From: Candidatus Heimdallarchaeota archaeon
Lineage (GTDB): Archaea > Asgardarchaeota > Heimdallarchaeia > Heimdallarchaeales > Heimdallarchaeaceae
DNA length: 64,000 nucleotides
Assembly: GCA_030603365.1 (NCBI GenBank)
Contig: JAUVXV010000010.1
Coordinates: 64,001-128,000, forward strand
Reading direction: 5' to 3'
Shown here: positions 1 to 9,717 of the stretch, piece by piece
Layout: the number at the start of each line of letters is the position of its first letter
Numbering within the stretch: the first letter of the stretch is position 1
The notes under the pieces: model-generated
Seen by the model: only the letters and a program-made list of their open reading frames with translations
Told to the model about the DNA's origin: nothing
Databases searched by the model: none
Program-made: the position numbers and the translations under genes

Positions 1-1029
1 ATTAGAGATGGTAAGATATTTGCAAGAGGAGTTTCTGATAACAAAGGAGAAATAATATGCAGACTTCAGGCAATAAAAGCATACAACCATGTTTTCGGGA
101 AACCTCCTGTTAACATCAAATTTGTTATTGAAGGAGAAGAAGAGGTGGGGTCACCAAACCTTGAAGAGTTCGTGAATAATAACAAGAATTTCATTTCAGA
201 TGCTGATGGTTGCATCTGGGAATTTGGTGGTAGAGATGGAGATGGGATACAACAAGTGTATCTAGGGGTAAAAGGGATTCTCTATGTTCACCTAAAAACA
301 AACACTATTGGTAGAGATGTACATAGTGGATATACCCAATTTGTTGACAACGCAGCTTATGAGTTAAGTTGTGCTTTAGCTGCTCTAAAAGATCGAAACG
401 ACAAAATACAAGTACCAGGTTTTTATGATAACATCCCAGAACCTTCTGAAAAAGATATGAGAATAATCGAGGAATTTGAACTGAAAGAAGATCTTTTCAA
501 AGAAAATTTTGGAATTGATCATTTTCGATTAAACTTAACAGGCATGGATATGAAAAAGAAATATTTTCTTGAACCTACCTGCAATATCTGTGGGTTATGG
601 AGTGGATATCAAGGACCAGGTGGAAAAACAGTTACACCAAATGAAGCTTTTGCGAAAGTTGACTTTAGATTAGTTCCAGGTCAAGATCCTAAAGATTTGA
701 TAGAAAAAATTCGTAAATTCTGGGATGATAATAATTTTCAACACATCGAAATAACTGGTTGGGATGGATACATTGCTGCTCAAACTTCAATTGAAAATCC
801 TTTTGCTTTGGCAGTTATAAACACTATCAAAGATGTTGAAGGGCATGATCCCGTCATTTGGCCTATGGTTGGTGGTTCAGGACCAATGTATCTTTTCGAA
901 GGTGTTCCTTGCATATCAATCGGTTGTGGTCACTCCAAAGGCAATGCACATGCACCAAATGAAAATATTTTCATTGATGATTTTGTCATAGGTATGAAAA
1001 CAATAGCAGAACTAATTCATCGGTTCTAA
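1..1029 (+). CDS. M20/M25/M40 metallopeptidase (ArgE/DapE-like), 5'-truncated by the window edge
   Basis: Frame is open from base 1 (IRDGKIFARGVSDNKG...EGEEEVGS); C-terminal NAHAPNE motif. Confidence 0.9.
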   Translation: MRDGKIFARGVSDNKGEIICRLQAIKAYNHVFGKPPVNIKFVIEGEEEVGSPNLEEFVNNNKNFISDADGCIWEFGGRDGDGIQQVYLGVKGILYVHLKTNTIGRDVHSGYTQFVDNAAYELSCALAALKDRNDKIQVPGFYDNIPEPSEKDMRIIEEFELKEDLFKENFGIDHFRLNLTGMDMKKKYFLEPTCNICGLWSGYQGPGGKTVTPNEAFAKVDFRLVPGQDPKDLIEKIRKFWDDNNFQHIEITGWDGYIAAQTSIENPFALAVINTIKDVEGHDPVIWPMVGGSGPMYLFEGVPCISIGCGHSKGNAHAPNENIFIDDFVIGMKTIAELIHRF

Positions 1030-1079
1030 ATTGAATCGGTGCAAACTTTTTTTTATTACTAATACTATCGTTCATTACA

Positions 1080-2483
1080 ATGTGTGATACTGTTGTAGCC
1101 GTTGGTAATTCAACTAAAGACAAAAGCGTAATTTTAGGTAAAAACTCTAACAGATTGCCTAATGAGGCACATAATATAGAATTTGTTAAAGGTAAGAAGC
1201 ATAAAGCAAATTCAAAAGTGAAATGTACTTACATTTCTATTCCTCAAGTTGAACAAACTTTTGATGTCCTCCTACTAAAACCATTTTGGATGTTTGGTTG
1301 TGAAATGGGAGCAAATGAACATGGGGTAACAATAGGTAACGAAGCAGTGTGGAGTAAAGAACCTATCAGAGACACTGGACTATTAGGGATGGATTTGATG
1401 AGATTGGCTCTTGAAAGAACAAAAACAGCTAAAGATGCTTTAACTACAATAACAGATTTATTGGAAAAGCACGGTCAAGGAGGTCAGCATTCATATGGTG
1501 TAGTTGGTAGAGATTATCATAATTCTTACATAATTGCAGATTCTAAAGAAGCGTGGGTTCTAGAAACAGCTGATAAATATTGGATAGCAGAGAAAGTAAA
1601 GGGTATCAGAACTATCTCAAACACCTTATCTATAGGAAGTGAGTATGACTTAATTCATCCAGATCTGGTAAAAAATGCAATCAAAAAAGGTTATACTAAA
1701 TCTAAAGAAGACTTTCACTTTGCAAACGATTTTATCCCTAAATTTAGATTTTATCATGCTCTCAAAGAATCAAGTCCAAGATCACAGTATTTCACAAAAG
1801 GTTTCGACAGACAACAATGTACTACCGCTCTATTACTCAAGAACAAAGGAAAAGTAACTCCTGAGGATGTTATGGCAGTATTAAGAAATCACAATATCCC
1901 TGTGGAAAAGGAAAAAACTTGGTCTGTAGATCAAGCTAAGGCTAGTAGTCCATGTCACCATGCCACTGGAATAACCTTGCCAGACCAATCCATTGGCTCG
2001 TTAGTATCTCACGTTAAGAAAGATATACAAGTACACTGGGTCACCGGATCTGCTGCACCTTGTATTAGTACTTTCAAACCTATTTTCTTCCCCAAACCAG
2101 GACTCAAGAAGAAGCTAAAAACCTCAGATGCGATATTTTATGCAAATACGTTTTGGTGGATGAATGAGAAATTCCAAAGATTAGTTAGTTTAGATTATCA
2201 AAAGCGTCTTAGCACTTTTAGAAAAGAGAGAGATGAATTTGAAGAAAACATTTCAAAACAAGTCCAGAGTATCTTAAAGAAAGTAACTGGAAAACCAACA
2301 GAAGCTAACCTAAAGAAAATGGAAAAAATCACATCTGATGCCTTTTCTAAAAGCATAAAGAATGTTAAGAAATGGACTAAGCAAATTGAGCATTTACCTA
2401 TTGAAGCTAAAACTGGTTTATTTTATAGATCCTACTGGAATAAGCAAAATAAACAAGCTAAGTTGGAACTAAATAGTGCGTAG
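1080..2483 (+). CDS. C69 family dipeptidase / secernin-like Ntn hydrolase
   Basis: N-terminal nucleophile MCDT; GKNSNR, GCEMGANEHGVTIGNEAV and GMDLMRLALER motifs. Confidence 0.9.
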   Translation: MCDTVVAVGNSTKDKSVILGKNSNRLPNEAHNIEFVKGKKHKANSKVKCTYISIPQVEQTFDVLLLKPFWMFGCEMGANEHGVTIGNEAVWSKEPIRDTGLLGMDLMRLALERTKTAKDALTTITDLLEKHGQGGQHSYGVVGRDYHNSYIIADSKEAWVLETADKYWIAEKVKGIRTISNTLSIGSEYDLIHPDLVKNAIKKGYTKSKEDFHFANDFIPKFRFYHALKESSPRSQYFTKGFDRQQCTTALLLKNKGKVTPEDVMAVLRNHNIPVEKEKTWSVDQAKASSPCHHATGITLPDQSIGSLVSHVKKDIQVHWVTGSAAPCISTFKPIFFPKPGLKKKLKTSDAIFYANTFWWMNEKFQRLVSLDYQKRLSTFRKERDEFEENISKQVQSILKKVTGKPTEANLKKMEKITSDAFSKSIKNVKKWTKQIEHLPIEAKTGLFYRSYWNKQNKQAKLELNSA

Positions 2484-2554
2484 ATTCAGTGGTGCCGTTA
2501 TTTTCATCGCATGAAACATGCTCCAACGGTAAAACCTACATCACTATCTACGCA
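2477..2554 (-). ncRNA. Box C/D guide sRNA candidate with a 9-bp terminal stem
   Basis: Minus strand reads TGCGTAGAT-A-GTGATGT(C)-12 nt-TGGA(D')-GCATG/CATGC hairpin-GCGATGA(C')-14 nt-CTGA(D)-ATCTACGCA. Confidence 0.7.
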
Positions 2555-2630
2555 AACTTCAGTTATTTTCTAATAAAATAAAGGTATCTTTTACGATAAC
2601 TTTAATTTATGCTTAATTAAAATATCTGTA

Positions 2631-4421
2631 ATGAAAGATGTTATTCAGCAATTCTTAGAAAAAGTATATCAAGAAGCTAAAAGAGTACACAACCTTCAAC
2701 TCCAGTTTGATAGATATCAAACAATGAGTAAAGACCTGATAGATGAGTTTCAATCAGAGTCGTCTGGTTCTACTACTCTAATTGTTTCAGCATTATATAC
2801 TGCCGATTATATTATAACTTCTTCTGACGTTAAGTTTGAGCTTGAAGATTCAGCAAGAAGAAAAGAAATTATTGAATTATGGTCAAAACTTTCTTTGCCC
2901 AAAGAAGATGTATGGCATGAAGTTACACATCTCGTAGCCTTTTCATACCACGTCGCTTCAATTCTTAGGAAAAGATATTATTATCTTCTAGATAGAGGGG
3001 TGGCAAAGCATGTTGCAGCTGCTCTAGTAGCAGATTATTATACAAGGCACCACCTAAAATTTGTTCGTGATAAATTAACATATATCCCATCTTGGTGGGT
3101 TTCTCTTCTCATGGAAACAGCGCTATGTCAAACGATTTTTTCGACTACAAAAAAGAAATGGGAAAGTATGCAAAAAATACTTCAATCAGGAGAATTTGGA
3201 GTAATTGCGCAAATTATCGCTAGGCACTTTGTTGATGAAACAGAAGGTGAACCAAATCCTGCTGTACCTATTCCTTACTTCAATGAATCAACTTTGTTTT
3301 ACTATTTTACTTGGCAAAGTGGAGAGAGTAAAGGTGATAAGTTTGAATCATTACTCCCTATTTTGAAATCTCCTCAATTAGCAAAAGAATTCAGGAAAAC
3401 TACAAAATTGTTAAGTGGTGATTACCCACATCTACTCAAATACATTAGAATGGGAAGTAAACTTGAAACAATGTCATCAGAAATAAACTTCTTTGTTGTA
3501 CATGCTGAGACAGCTAATGCTGAAGGGTGGATTGGTTTACTAAGTCCATTAGATGATATTAACCTACGCGAAATTGAGTCTTTGCTAAAATTAAAACTAG
3601 AAGATATTGCTTCTTTTGAGTCATATAAGAGTGAGTTACCTCAGTTAAGTGTTCTCACAAGAGAAAAAGAGGAAAGAGAGATTGTTGAAGAAAAAATGGA
3701 ACTTGAGGAAAAACCAAAACCAGTTGGATTCTTTGCCAAATTATTCTCAAAATTCAAGAAGAAACAAAAACCAACTTATAAGAAATCATTTGTTAAGAAG
3801 ACCGTACCAATAGATGCTTGGTCTAGGTTAATACTTGATGAGATCTTGCTTATGAGTGTTTCAGGTATAGGTTTTGGTTTGGAAATTTATGATGCTTATC
3901 GTGAGGATGATTTTGTTATCAGCGGTGTGATTGAATCACAACAGAAGCGAGCTCAAACTTCATCGTTCTATGAAGAACCTGAAGTAAAACCAACAACTTT
4001 CTATTCAGAAGCTCCCATTCAGTTCCCAACAGAGTTTTTAGATCCCGTTATTGGGATACTCAACATTGCAAAGAATTTCATATCTATGAGTTATAGAAAA
4101 AAGGTTATTTCAATCATTCCAGAAGAAGCCTTCTTTGAGAACAAAGTTAACCCAGAGGTATTTAGATTAGTAGAATTTATTAAAGGTGAGAAGGTATTAA
4201 TTGGAATTCTTGGTGAAAAACAAGCAATAACTGCTATGACAGTTGCTCAACCTGAACCAACTTATCAAAGACGATCATTAATTCGAAAGGCAAATGAGAT
4301 GATTCATGCAAGAAGAGTCAATAATATTATTGATGCTGGGAAAAGAACCCTTGCGAGGGAAATTAACTGGGATAGTGTCAACAAAAGCTATGAAGATCAA
4401 CCACTGTTTTATGAGGCTTGA
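2631..4421 (+). CDS. Hypothetical protein (596 aa) with an internal amphipathic basic helix
   Basis: Long ORF with genome-typical composition; no family recognised; GFFAKLFSKFKKK segment. Confidence 0.75.
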   Translation: MKDVIQQFLEKVYQEAKRVHNLQLQFDRYQTMSKDLIDEFQSESSGSTTLIVSALYTADYIITSSDVKFELEDSARRKEIIELWSKLSLPKEDVWHEVTHLVAFSYHVASILRKRYYYLLDRGVAKHVAAALVADYYTRHHLKFVRDKLTYIPSWWVSLLMETALCQTIFSTTKKKWESMQKILQSGEFGVIAQIIARHFVDETEGEPNPAVPIPYFNESTLFYYFTWQSGESKGDKFESLLPILKSPQLAKEFRKTTKLLSGDYPHLLKYIRMGSKLETMSSEINFFVVHAETANAEGWIGLLSPLDDINLREIESLLKLKLEDIASFESYKSELPQLSVLTREKEEREIVEEKMELEEKPKPVGFFAKLFSKFKKKQKPTYKKSFVKKTVPIDAWSRLILDEILLMSVSGIGFGLEIYDAYREDDFVISGVIESQQKRAQTSSFYEEPEVKPTTFYSEAPIQFPTEFLDPVIGILNIAKNFISMSYRKKVISIIPEEAFFENKVNPEVFRLVEFIKGEKVLIGILGEKQAITAMTVAQPEPTYQRRSLIRKANEMIHARRVNNIIDAGKRTLAREINWDSVNKSYEDQPLFYEA

Positions 4422-4484
4422 ATTGTCACTCTTTTTCCTTCTACTTTTTTAATCAAATTGCGGATGAAACTATTAGAAAGTATA

Positions 4485-4514
4485 TATTAATCCAAGGAGC
4501 TATTAATCCAAGGA
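4485..4514. repeat. 14-bp direct repeat TATTAATCCAAGGA x2 (16-bp period), possible operator
   Basis: Exact copies at 4485-4498 and 4501-4514, next to a TATA-like AAAGTATATA upstream of the TPR gene. Confidence 0.55.
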
Positions 4515-4545
4515 AAAGTCGAATAGTGGCTAGGGGTTCTAAGGT

Positions 4546-5346
4546 ATGAGAGACCAAGAAAACAATGCTAACCAATTCTTCATGAGAGGACAACAAGGCT
4601 TCAAGGCTGGTAACTACCAGACTTGCATCAAGGACCTCATCTATGCTCAAGAGATTTTTTCTTCAATTGGTATGAAAGAGCAGTCTGCTCACGCTTTATT
4701 TTTAACAGCTCAAGCTTATCAAAACATTTGTCAATACACCCAAGCTAGACAATTTTACGTTCTTGCGTTTAACAGATACAAAGAACTAAACAATCTTCAC
4801 AAAATAGGTGAATGTACATTGGTTCTAGGAATCATCTATCGTGAAGAAGGAGATTTTAAGAAAAGTAAACAAAGCCTTGCAGAAGCTATAGAGGTATTTA
4901 CTACCTTGAATGATTTTGAGAAACTTGCCGACTCATGGAGAATACTAGCTCTAACATACCAAATAGATTTGAATCAGTATTCTGAACATCCTATGCATTC
5001 AATAAGTGCATATCGAAAAGCCATTCTTCTTTACAAGAAAATCAAACAACTGGAGAAGAAAGCAGAGACCGAACACGATTTGGGTCACATTCTAATTTCA
5101 CAATCTAAATATCATGATGCTCTTGAAGTGTTTCAAGATGCATTGAATTACTATAAAAAGCAAAATGATAAAGAACAGATCATACCTATTTCTATTCTAA
5201 TTGGTCGCATTTATTTTGAGTTGGGAAAGAAGCCAAAAGCAAAAGATTACATGCATAAAGCTATTAATGAAATGAAAAAATACGATTACTCTCCAGAGAA
5301 AATAAATCTACTAAAGCAATCAATAATAGCTATGTTTAGCAGTTAG
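4546..5346 (+). CDS. Tetratricopeptide repeat protein
   Basis: About 40-aa helical repeats (LG..Y...G....A.....A) throughout. Confidence 0.85.
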   Translation: MRDQENNANQFFMRGQQGFKAGNYQTCIKDLIYAQEIFSSIGMKEQSAHALFLTAQAYQNICQYTQARQFYVLAFNRYKELNNLHKIGECTLVLGIIYREEGDFKKSKQSLAEAIEVFTTLNDFEKLADSWRILALTYQIDLNQYSEHPMHSISAYRKAILLYKKIKQLEKKAETEHDLGHILISQSKYHDALEVFQDALNYYKKQNDKEQIIPISILIGRIYFELGKKPKAKDYMHKAINEMKKYDYSPEKINLLKQSIIAMFSS

Positions 5347-5352
5347 TTCTAC

Positions 5353-6942
5353 CTACTTAAACGTTCGAATAAATGTAGTATTTATTTCATCAGTTATAAC
5401 TAGGATTTCTATTTTCTTGAATTTTTGAGGGGCACGGATGAGATTGTTCAAAAACTCCATGTCATAAGCCTCTATGTGTTTTTGTGATTTTAGTGAAGGA
5501 GGTATTATATGTCCTATTATTTGAAAACCAGAAAATACTTTCTTCTTTTTCTTCAGTTCTTTTTCATTCATAGTTGTTCCAACAAAGAGTAGAGATTCTA
5601 ATTCATCACTAATACTAATGGTATTTACTACGAAAAGTTCGAGATTTTCTAGAATATCTTCTCTAGCATTCGAATATCTGAATTGAGTTATATTTCTTTG
5701 AATTTCATACCGATCTTTGATACTAGGCAGAAGGGAATCTTTAATGAATTCTGTACTAATACCAAAAGCAGCATCAGAGTCTTTTACAGCATTGGTAAAA
5801 GAAATAAAATTTCCAGCTTCTGAAGCTAGGTTATCAGTATTAGTCTTTATTCCTAGATTCTTCAACATTTGTGTTGTTTGTGGTGAGGATTGCAAATCAT
5901 ATAGCATTGAAACTCCCAACAACAAAGAAAGAGTGTAGGCATAGTTTTTCTTTATTTTTCTTTGGTTATCATCTTTAGTATATTGTATAAAATCCATTGC
6001 TCTTTCGAAGAAAATTAATGCATATTGATAATCTTTGTAATCTGAAATGCCACTTGCTAAAGCTGAATAGAAAATCGATTTTTTGCTATTGCTAAGCTTA
6101 TCAATGAATGAATCTATTACCTTTAAAGAAGGTTCTACAACTTTCTGTGACAGTTTCAAGAAACTAGCTAAAATTGAAATTCGTCTTGTTGCTTCAAAAT
6201 CATTCTTGAATTGTTTGATTGTTTTTATAACAACTTTAACTCCTTTTAATATGGTTTCGTGATACTTCTCGACAGCCACTAAACCAGGATTTTCTGAAAA
6301 AACTTGTAGAAAATAATCTGTTGGCATCACTAATTTGTTATCTGGAAAGGGTTTTGTGATAATGACTTCCATTATCTCTTTACAATAATCAGCTGCTTTG
6401 TTGAAATCTTCTTTAAAATAGTGCATTAATCCAATATTTACATTACAAAAAACAATATTATCATAAAAATCATTTGCTTCCGAAATCTCCTTTGATTTTA
6501 ACAAGTATCCCATTGCTTTATCTTTTCCAATGGTTCGATGTATAACAAAAAGCATGTTAAAAACCCTAGTCTGTAATCTTGGATCATTTAACCTATTTGC
6601 AATTGAATTAGCTTTATTAACAGATTTCTTAGCTCCCTCGTAATCATTAGCTAAGAGGAAGGAATCAGCTAAAGTCAAATAAAAAAAAGCATCTAAACGA
6701 TCATTTACCTTAGGTAGTAACGGTTTAATATGTTTTAGAATGATTAAAGCTTCTTTTCTCTTTTCTTGGTTAATCAGTTTCTTACATTCTACGAGCATAT
6801 ATTCGACAAAATTGTCAATGGAAAGACTAGTACTCAACTCTAGACGTGTAAGCATTTCTTTATACTTGTTTGCATCGTCAACAAGGGTGACTAGTTCTTG
6901 TGGTTTCTTTGACTTCAAGTAGTTATGTAAAATAACTGTCAT
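5353..6942 (-). CDS. TPR-containing hypothetical protein
   Basis: TPR-like repeats in the N-terminal two thirds (NIGLMHYFKEDFNKAADY); unknown C-terminal domain. Confidence 0.75.
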   Translation of the reverse strand: MTVILHNYLKSKKPQELVTLVDDANKYKEMLTRLELSTSLSIDNFVEYMLVECKKLINQEKRKEALIILKHIKPLLPKVNDRLDAFFYLTLADSFLLANDYEGAKKSVNKANSIANRLNDPRLQTRVFNMLFVIHRTIGKDKAMGYLLKSKEISEANDFYDNIVFCNVNIGLMHYFKEDFNKAADYCKEIMEVIITKPFPDNKLVMPTDYFLQVFSENPGLVAVEKYHETILKGVKVVIKTIKQFKNDFEATRRISILASFLKLSQKVVEPSLKVIDSFIDKLSNSKKSIFYSALASGISDYKDYQYALIFFERAMDFIQYTKDDNQRKIKKNYAYTLSLLLGVSMLYDLQSSPQTTQMLKNLGIKTNTDNLASEAGNFISFTNAVKDSDAAFGISTEFIKDSLLPSIKDRYEIQRNITQFRYSNAREDILENLELFVVNTISISDELESLLFVGTTMNEKELKKKKKVFSGFQIIGHIIPPSLKSQKHIEAYDMEFLNNLIRAPQKFKKIEILVITDEINTTFIRTFK

Positions 6943-7005
6943 TGTTGGTAAGAAAAATAGAATAAATAAATCTGTTTTGTTTAAAGGCTGAAAAATAGGA
7001 AAAAT

Positions 7006-8505
7006 CTAAAGTGATAGCTTTTCCTTGATTTTGAGCTCTAGTTCTGAGAGTAAAATAGCTTCCTGCTCTCCCGTCTTCATATCTCTAAGAGTCACTTTGT
7101 TTTCTTCAAGATCTCTCTTACCAATAATCACCATTAACGGAATGGATCTACTATTCGCATCTTCTAGCTGTCTAGAGAGTTTCCAACCAAACGGATTGAA
7201 TAAAACAGAATAGCTTTTTCTAAGTTTGTTGACTATTTCAGCTGTTTCTTGAATGACATTTTCTGCTATTATTCCTACATAGATCTGTGACGGATGAGTA
7301 TAAGGAGGTGTTCTGTTAAGAGCTTTGAGTATGGAAAGCAGAACAGTTTCACCCATTCCTATTCCAGTACTTGGGATCTTTCCACCACCTAAATCTTCTA
7401 CAAGTTTATCATAGCGTCCTCCTCCTGCGATTGCTCTAGCAACTGAACCAGTTCTGTCAAGAAACTCAAAAACAATCCCAGTGTAGTAATCCAATCCACG
7501 AGCTATGGACATATCAAACTCACAATCTTGTGCAACTTCAAATATCTCTAAATATGTAATGAGTTCTTCAAGATTGTCGATGGCTTTTGTTATTTTCTCA
7601 TTTACATCTAGTGCCCTTAAAGAAGCAATTACATCTCTCGGTTTACCTTTCATTAATGAGAACTCAAATAACTTTGATATCTGTGCTGAATCAAGATTTG
7701 CTTCTTCCATTGCTTTCTTTACTTCTTGTTCCTCTATTTCTGTTAGCTTGTTTAGATAGGATGAAAGATTTGGGTGTTTATCGATTTCTGGATAAACTTT
7801 TGTTATTTGTGGATCTTGATGCCAGACTGTTCTTAACAACTGTGCATGTTCTTTTGCTTCATTTAAAGAAGAGCCTTTTTCCTTTAACTCTGCTTCAATA
7901 GCGGTTTGAACAAACTTTCCCTTTGAATCGATAATTCTAATTACATCTAGATGATTTGAAATCTTCAAGAATTCAATATAGTTTTGAAGGAGATCTCTAC
8001 TGTTTATCACACAGACAAATTCTCCTGTTTTTAATCCTGAAGTTTTGATTATATTTGTAGTCACAGCAATAATCTCTGCATCAGCAGCTGGATGATCGAC
8101 ACCAAAAATATCTGCGTTAAACTGAAAGTGCTCTTTTACCCTACCTCTTTGTGGAGTCTCATCCCTAAAAACTCTAGGAATGCTATACCAACGGAGAGGC
8201 TTGGGGTAACGTTGGTGTTGATTAGAAATTAACCTAGCCAAAGATGGGGTCATCTCAGGTCTGAGCACAAGCTTTCTCTCTTCTCGGTCAAACAATCTGT
8301 ACGTTTCATCAGCTAGTGCTCTACCTGATTTATACTCAATAAGCTTAGCAAATTCAAGTATAGGTCCTTCATAGAGTTCATAGCCAAATTGTTTGGAAAC
8401 AGTGTGCATAGCATCAAAAATCAACTTAATCTCTGCATAATCTTCAGGGTAGAAGTCTCGATTTCCCTTTATACCTTTGAGAACTTCTTTGATTTCTGGA
8501 TCCAT
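7006..8505 (-). CDS. hisS: Histidine--tRNA ligase
   Basis: GNRDFYP, LRPEMTP, FRDETPQRGR, ARGLDYYTG and GGGRYD motifs; C-terminal anticodon-binding domain. Confidence 0.97.
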   Translation of the reverse strand: MDPEIKEVLKGIKGNRDFYPEDYAEIKLIFDAMHTVSKQFGYELYEGPILEFAKLIEYKSGRALADETYRLFDREERKLVLRPEMTPSLARLISNQHQRYPKPLRWYSIPRVFRDETPQRGRVKEHFQFNADIFGVDHPAADAEIIAVTTNIIKTSGLKTGEFVCVINSRDLLQNYIEFLKISNHLDVIRIIDSKGKFVQTAIEAELKEKGSSLNEAKEHAQLLRTVWHQDPQITKVYPEIDKHPNLSSYLNKLTEIEEQEVKKAMEEANLDSAQISKLFEFSLMKGKPRDVIASLRALDVNEKITKAIDNLEELITYLEIFEVAQDCEFDMSIARGLDYYTGIVFEFLDRTGSVARAIAGGGRYDKLVEDLGGGKIPSTGIGMGETVLLSILKALNRTPPYTHPSQIYVGIIAENVIQETAEIVNKLRKSYSVLFNPFGWKLSRQLEDANSRSIPLMVIIGKRDLEENKVTLRDMKTGEQEAILLSELELKIKEKLSL

Positions 8506-8557
8506 GATATAATCAAGGATAGGTGAAATGAAAAATATTTAACACTATTGTTTCTTA

Positions 8558-9550
8558 TTAAAAAATCTCGTCAGTATCGATTGTTGAGATTTCAAACATT
8601 GGTAATTGTTTTTCAGACCAAAAGGTTTGATTGTCAATCATATATTTGATAAGATAACTGGTTAAATCTGATTCAGATATACCATTATCTTTCTGAACTC
8701 GCAAACCTTGAATTTCTTTAATAAATTCAGTCAGAAGTTTCATTAAAAGACTGGTTCCTTTAAATTCTTCACTTCTGGTGGTAATTAACCAGCAAGAAGT
8801 TTGTTCATCGGCGGCCATAACAACTTGTCTACCTCCGATCCTCATGTATTCCAGTATTGATTCTGCATTTGTAGCAAATTTATAACGAATTACTGGGAAT
8901 GAACTTTCATCAACTATGTTATCATCAGCAGTTTTAATTCTAGCTTCAACAATTCCTGTTTCTGTTTTAATATAAGCTACAAAATAATCAACAGTGATAC
9001 CAGCTGTGATCAGAGTAGAAATTATAGCATTAGCTAACCAGTCAACAGTTTTGTTCAAATTCTTTCCTGTAATTGGAGAAATAGACATGTATTCAATATC
9101 ATGACCACCGGAAGGACTTGTAAAGATATTATTGATTGTTTTAACAACCTCTTCATCTATTGGTTTGTCCCAAGTATTAATCAAAACAAGAACAGGGGAA
9201 TTCTGTTTAATCCATTTGAGAGCTCGAACAAACCATTGTTTAGATTCATCTAATTTTTCTTCCTTGGTTCCGTCTACTACATAGATTAGTGCGTCTGAAC
9301 GAGAGAGGTAACTTGGCCAAAGAGAATTACGAAAAGGTTCTTTTCCACCCAAGTCAGTTAAACCAAGTCTCAAGCCATTGATTTTGACAATTTCTTGATT
9401 TATGCCATATGTAGAATAAGTTTCAGATATCTCTTCACGCAGGAGCTTATTGACAATGGAAGTCTTTCCAACTCCATCTAAACCTGCAATCGATACTGTC
9501 ATGTCTCTACTTGACACTGCTAAATCAGTACTTGTTTCTGACCCCAACAA
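8558..9550 (-). CDS. Arf/Sar-like small GTPase with a C-terminal longin-like domain
   Basis: G1 GLDGVGKTS, G3 DLGG, atypical G4 NTWD; about 150-aa alpha/beta C-terminal extension. Confidence 0.85.
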   Translation of the reverse strand: MLGSETSTDLAVSSRDMTVSIAGLDGVGKTSIVNKLLREEISETYSTYGINQEIVKINGLRLGLTDLGGKEPFRNSLWPSYLSRSDALIYVVDGTKEEKLDESKQWFVRALKWIKQNSPVLVLINTWDKPIDEEVVKTINNIFTSPSGGHDIEYMSISPITGKNLNKTVDWLANAIISTLITAGITVDYFVAYIKTETGIVEARIKTADDNIVDESSFPVIRYKFATNAESILEYMRIGGRQVVMAADEQTSCWLITTRSEEFKGTSLLMKLLTEFIKEIQGLRVQKDNGISESDLTSYLIKYMIDNQTFWSEKQLPMFEISTIDTDEIF

Positions 9551-9717
9551 ATCCTTTCACTACCGCTGATTCATACACTAAACTTGAACCGCCAGAATAC
9601 CCCGTATTATTATATTCACTCGGACTCTTAAAAATATTTGCAGAGAGGTAAGAAAGAGGGTTGAGGATTTGTGTCAATATCTAGAAGAAAAATCCGCAAT
9701 TGAAGAGATGAGATAGT

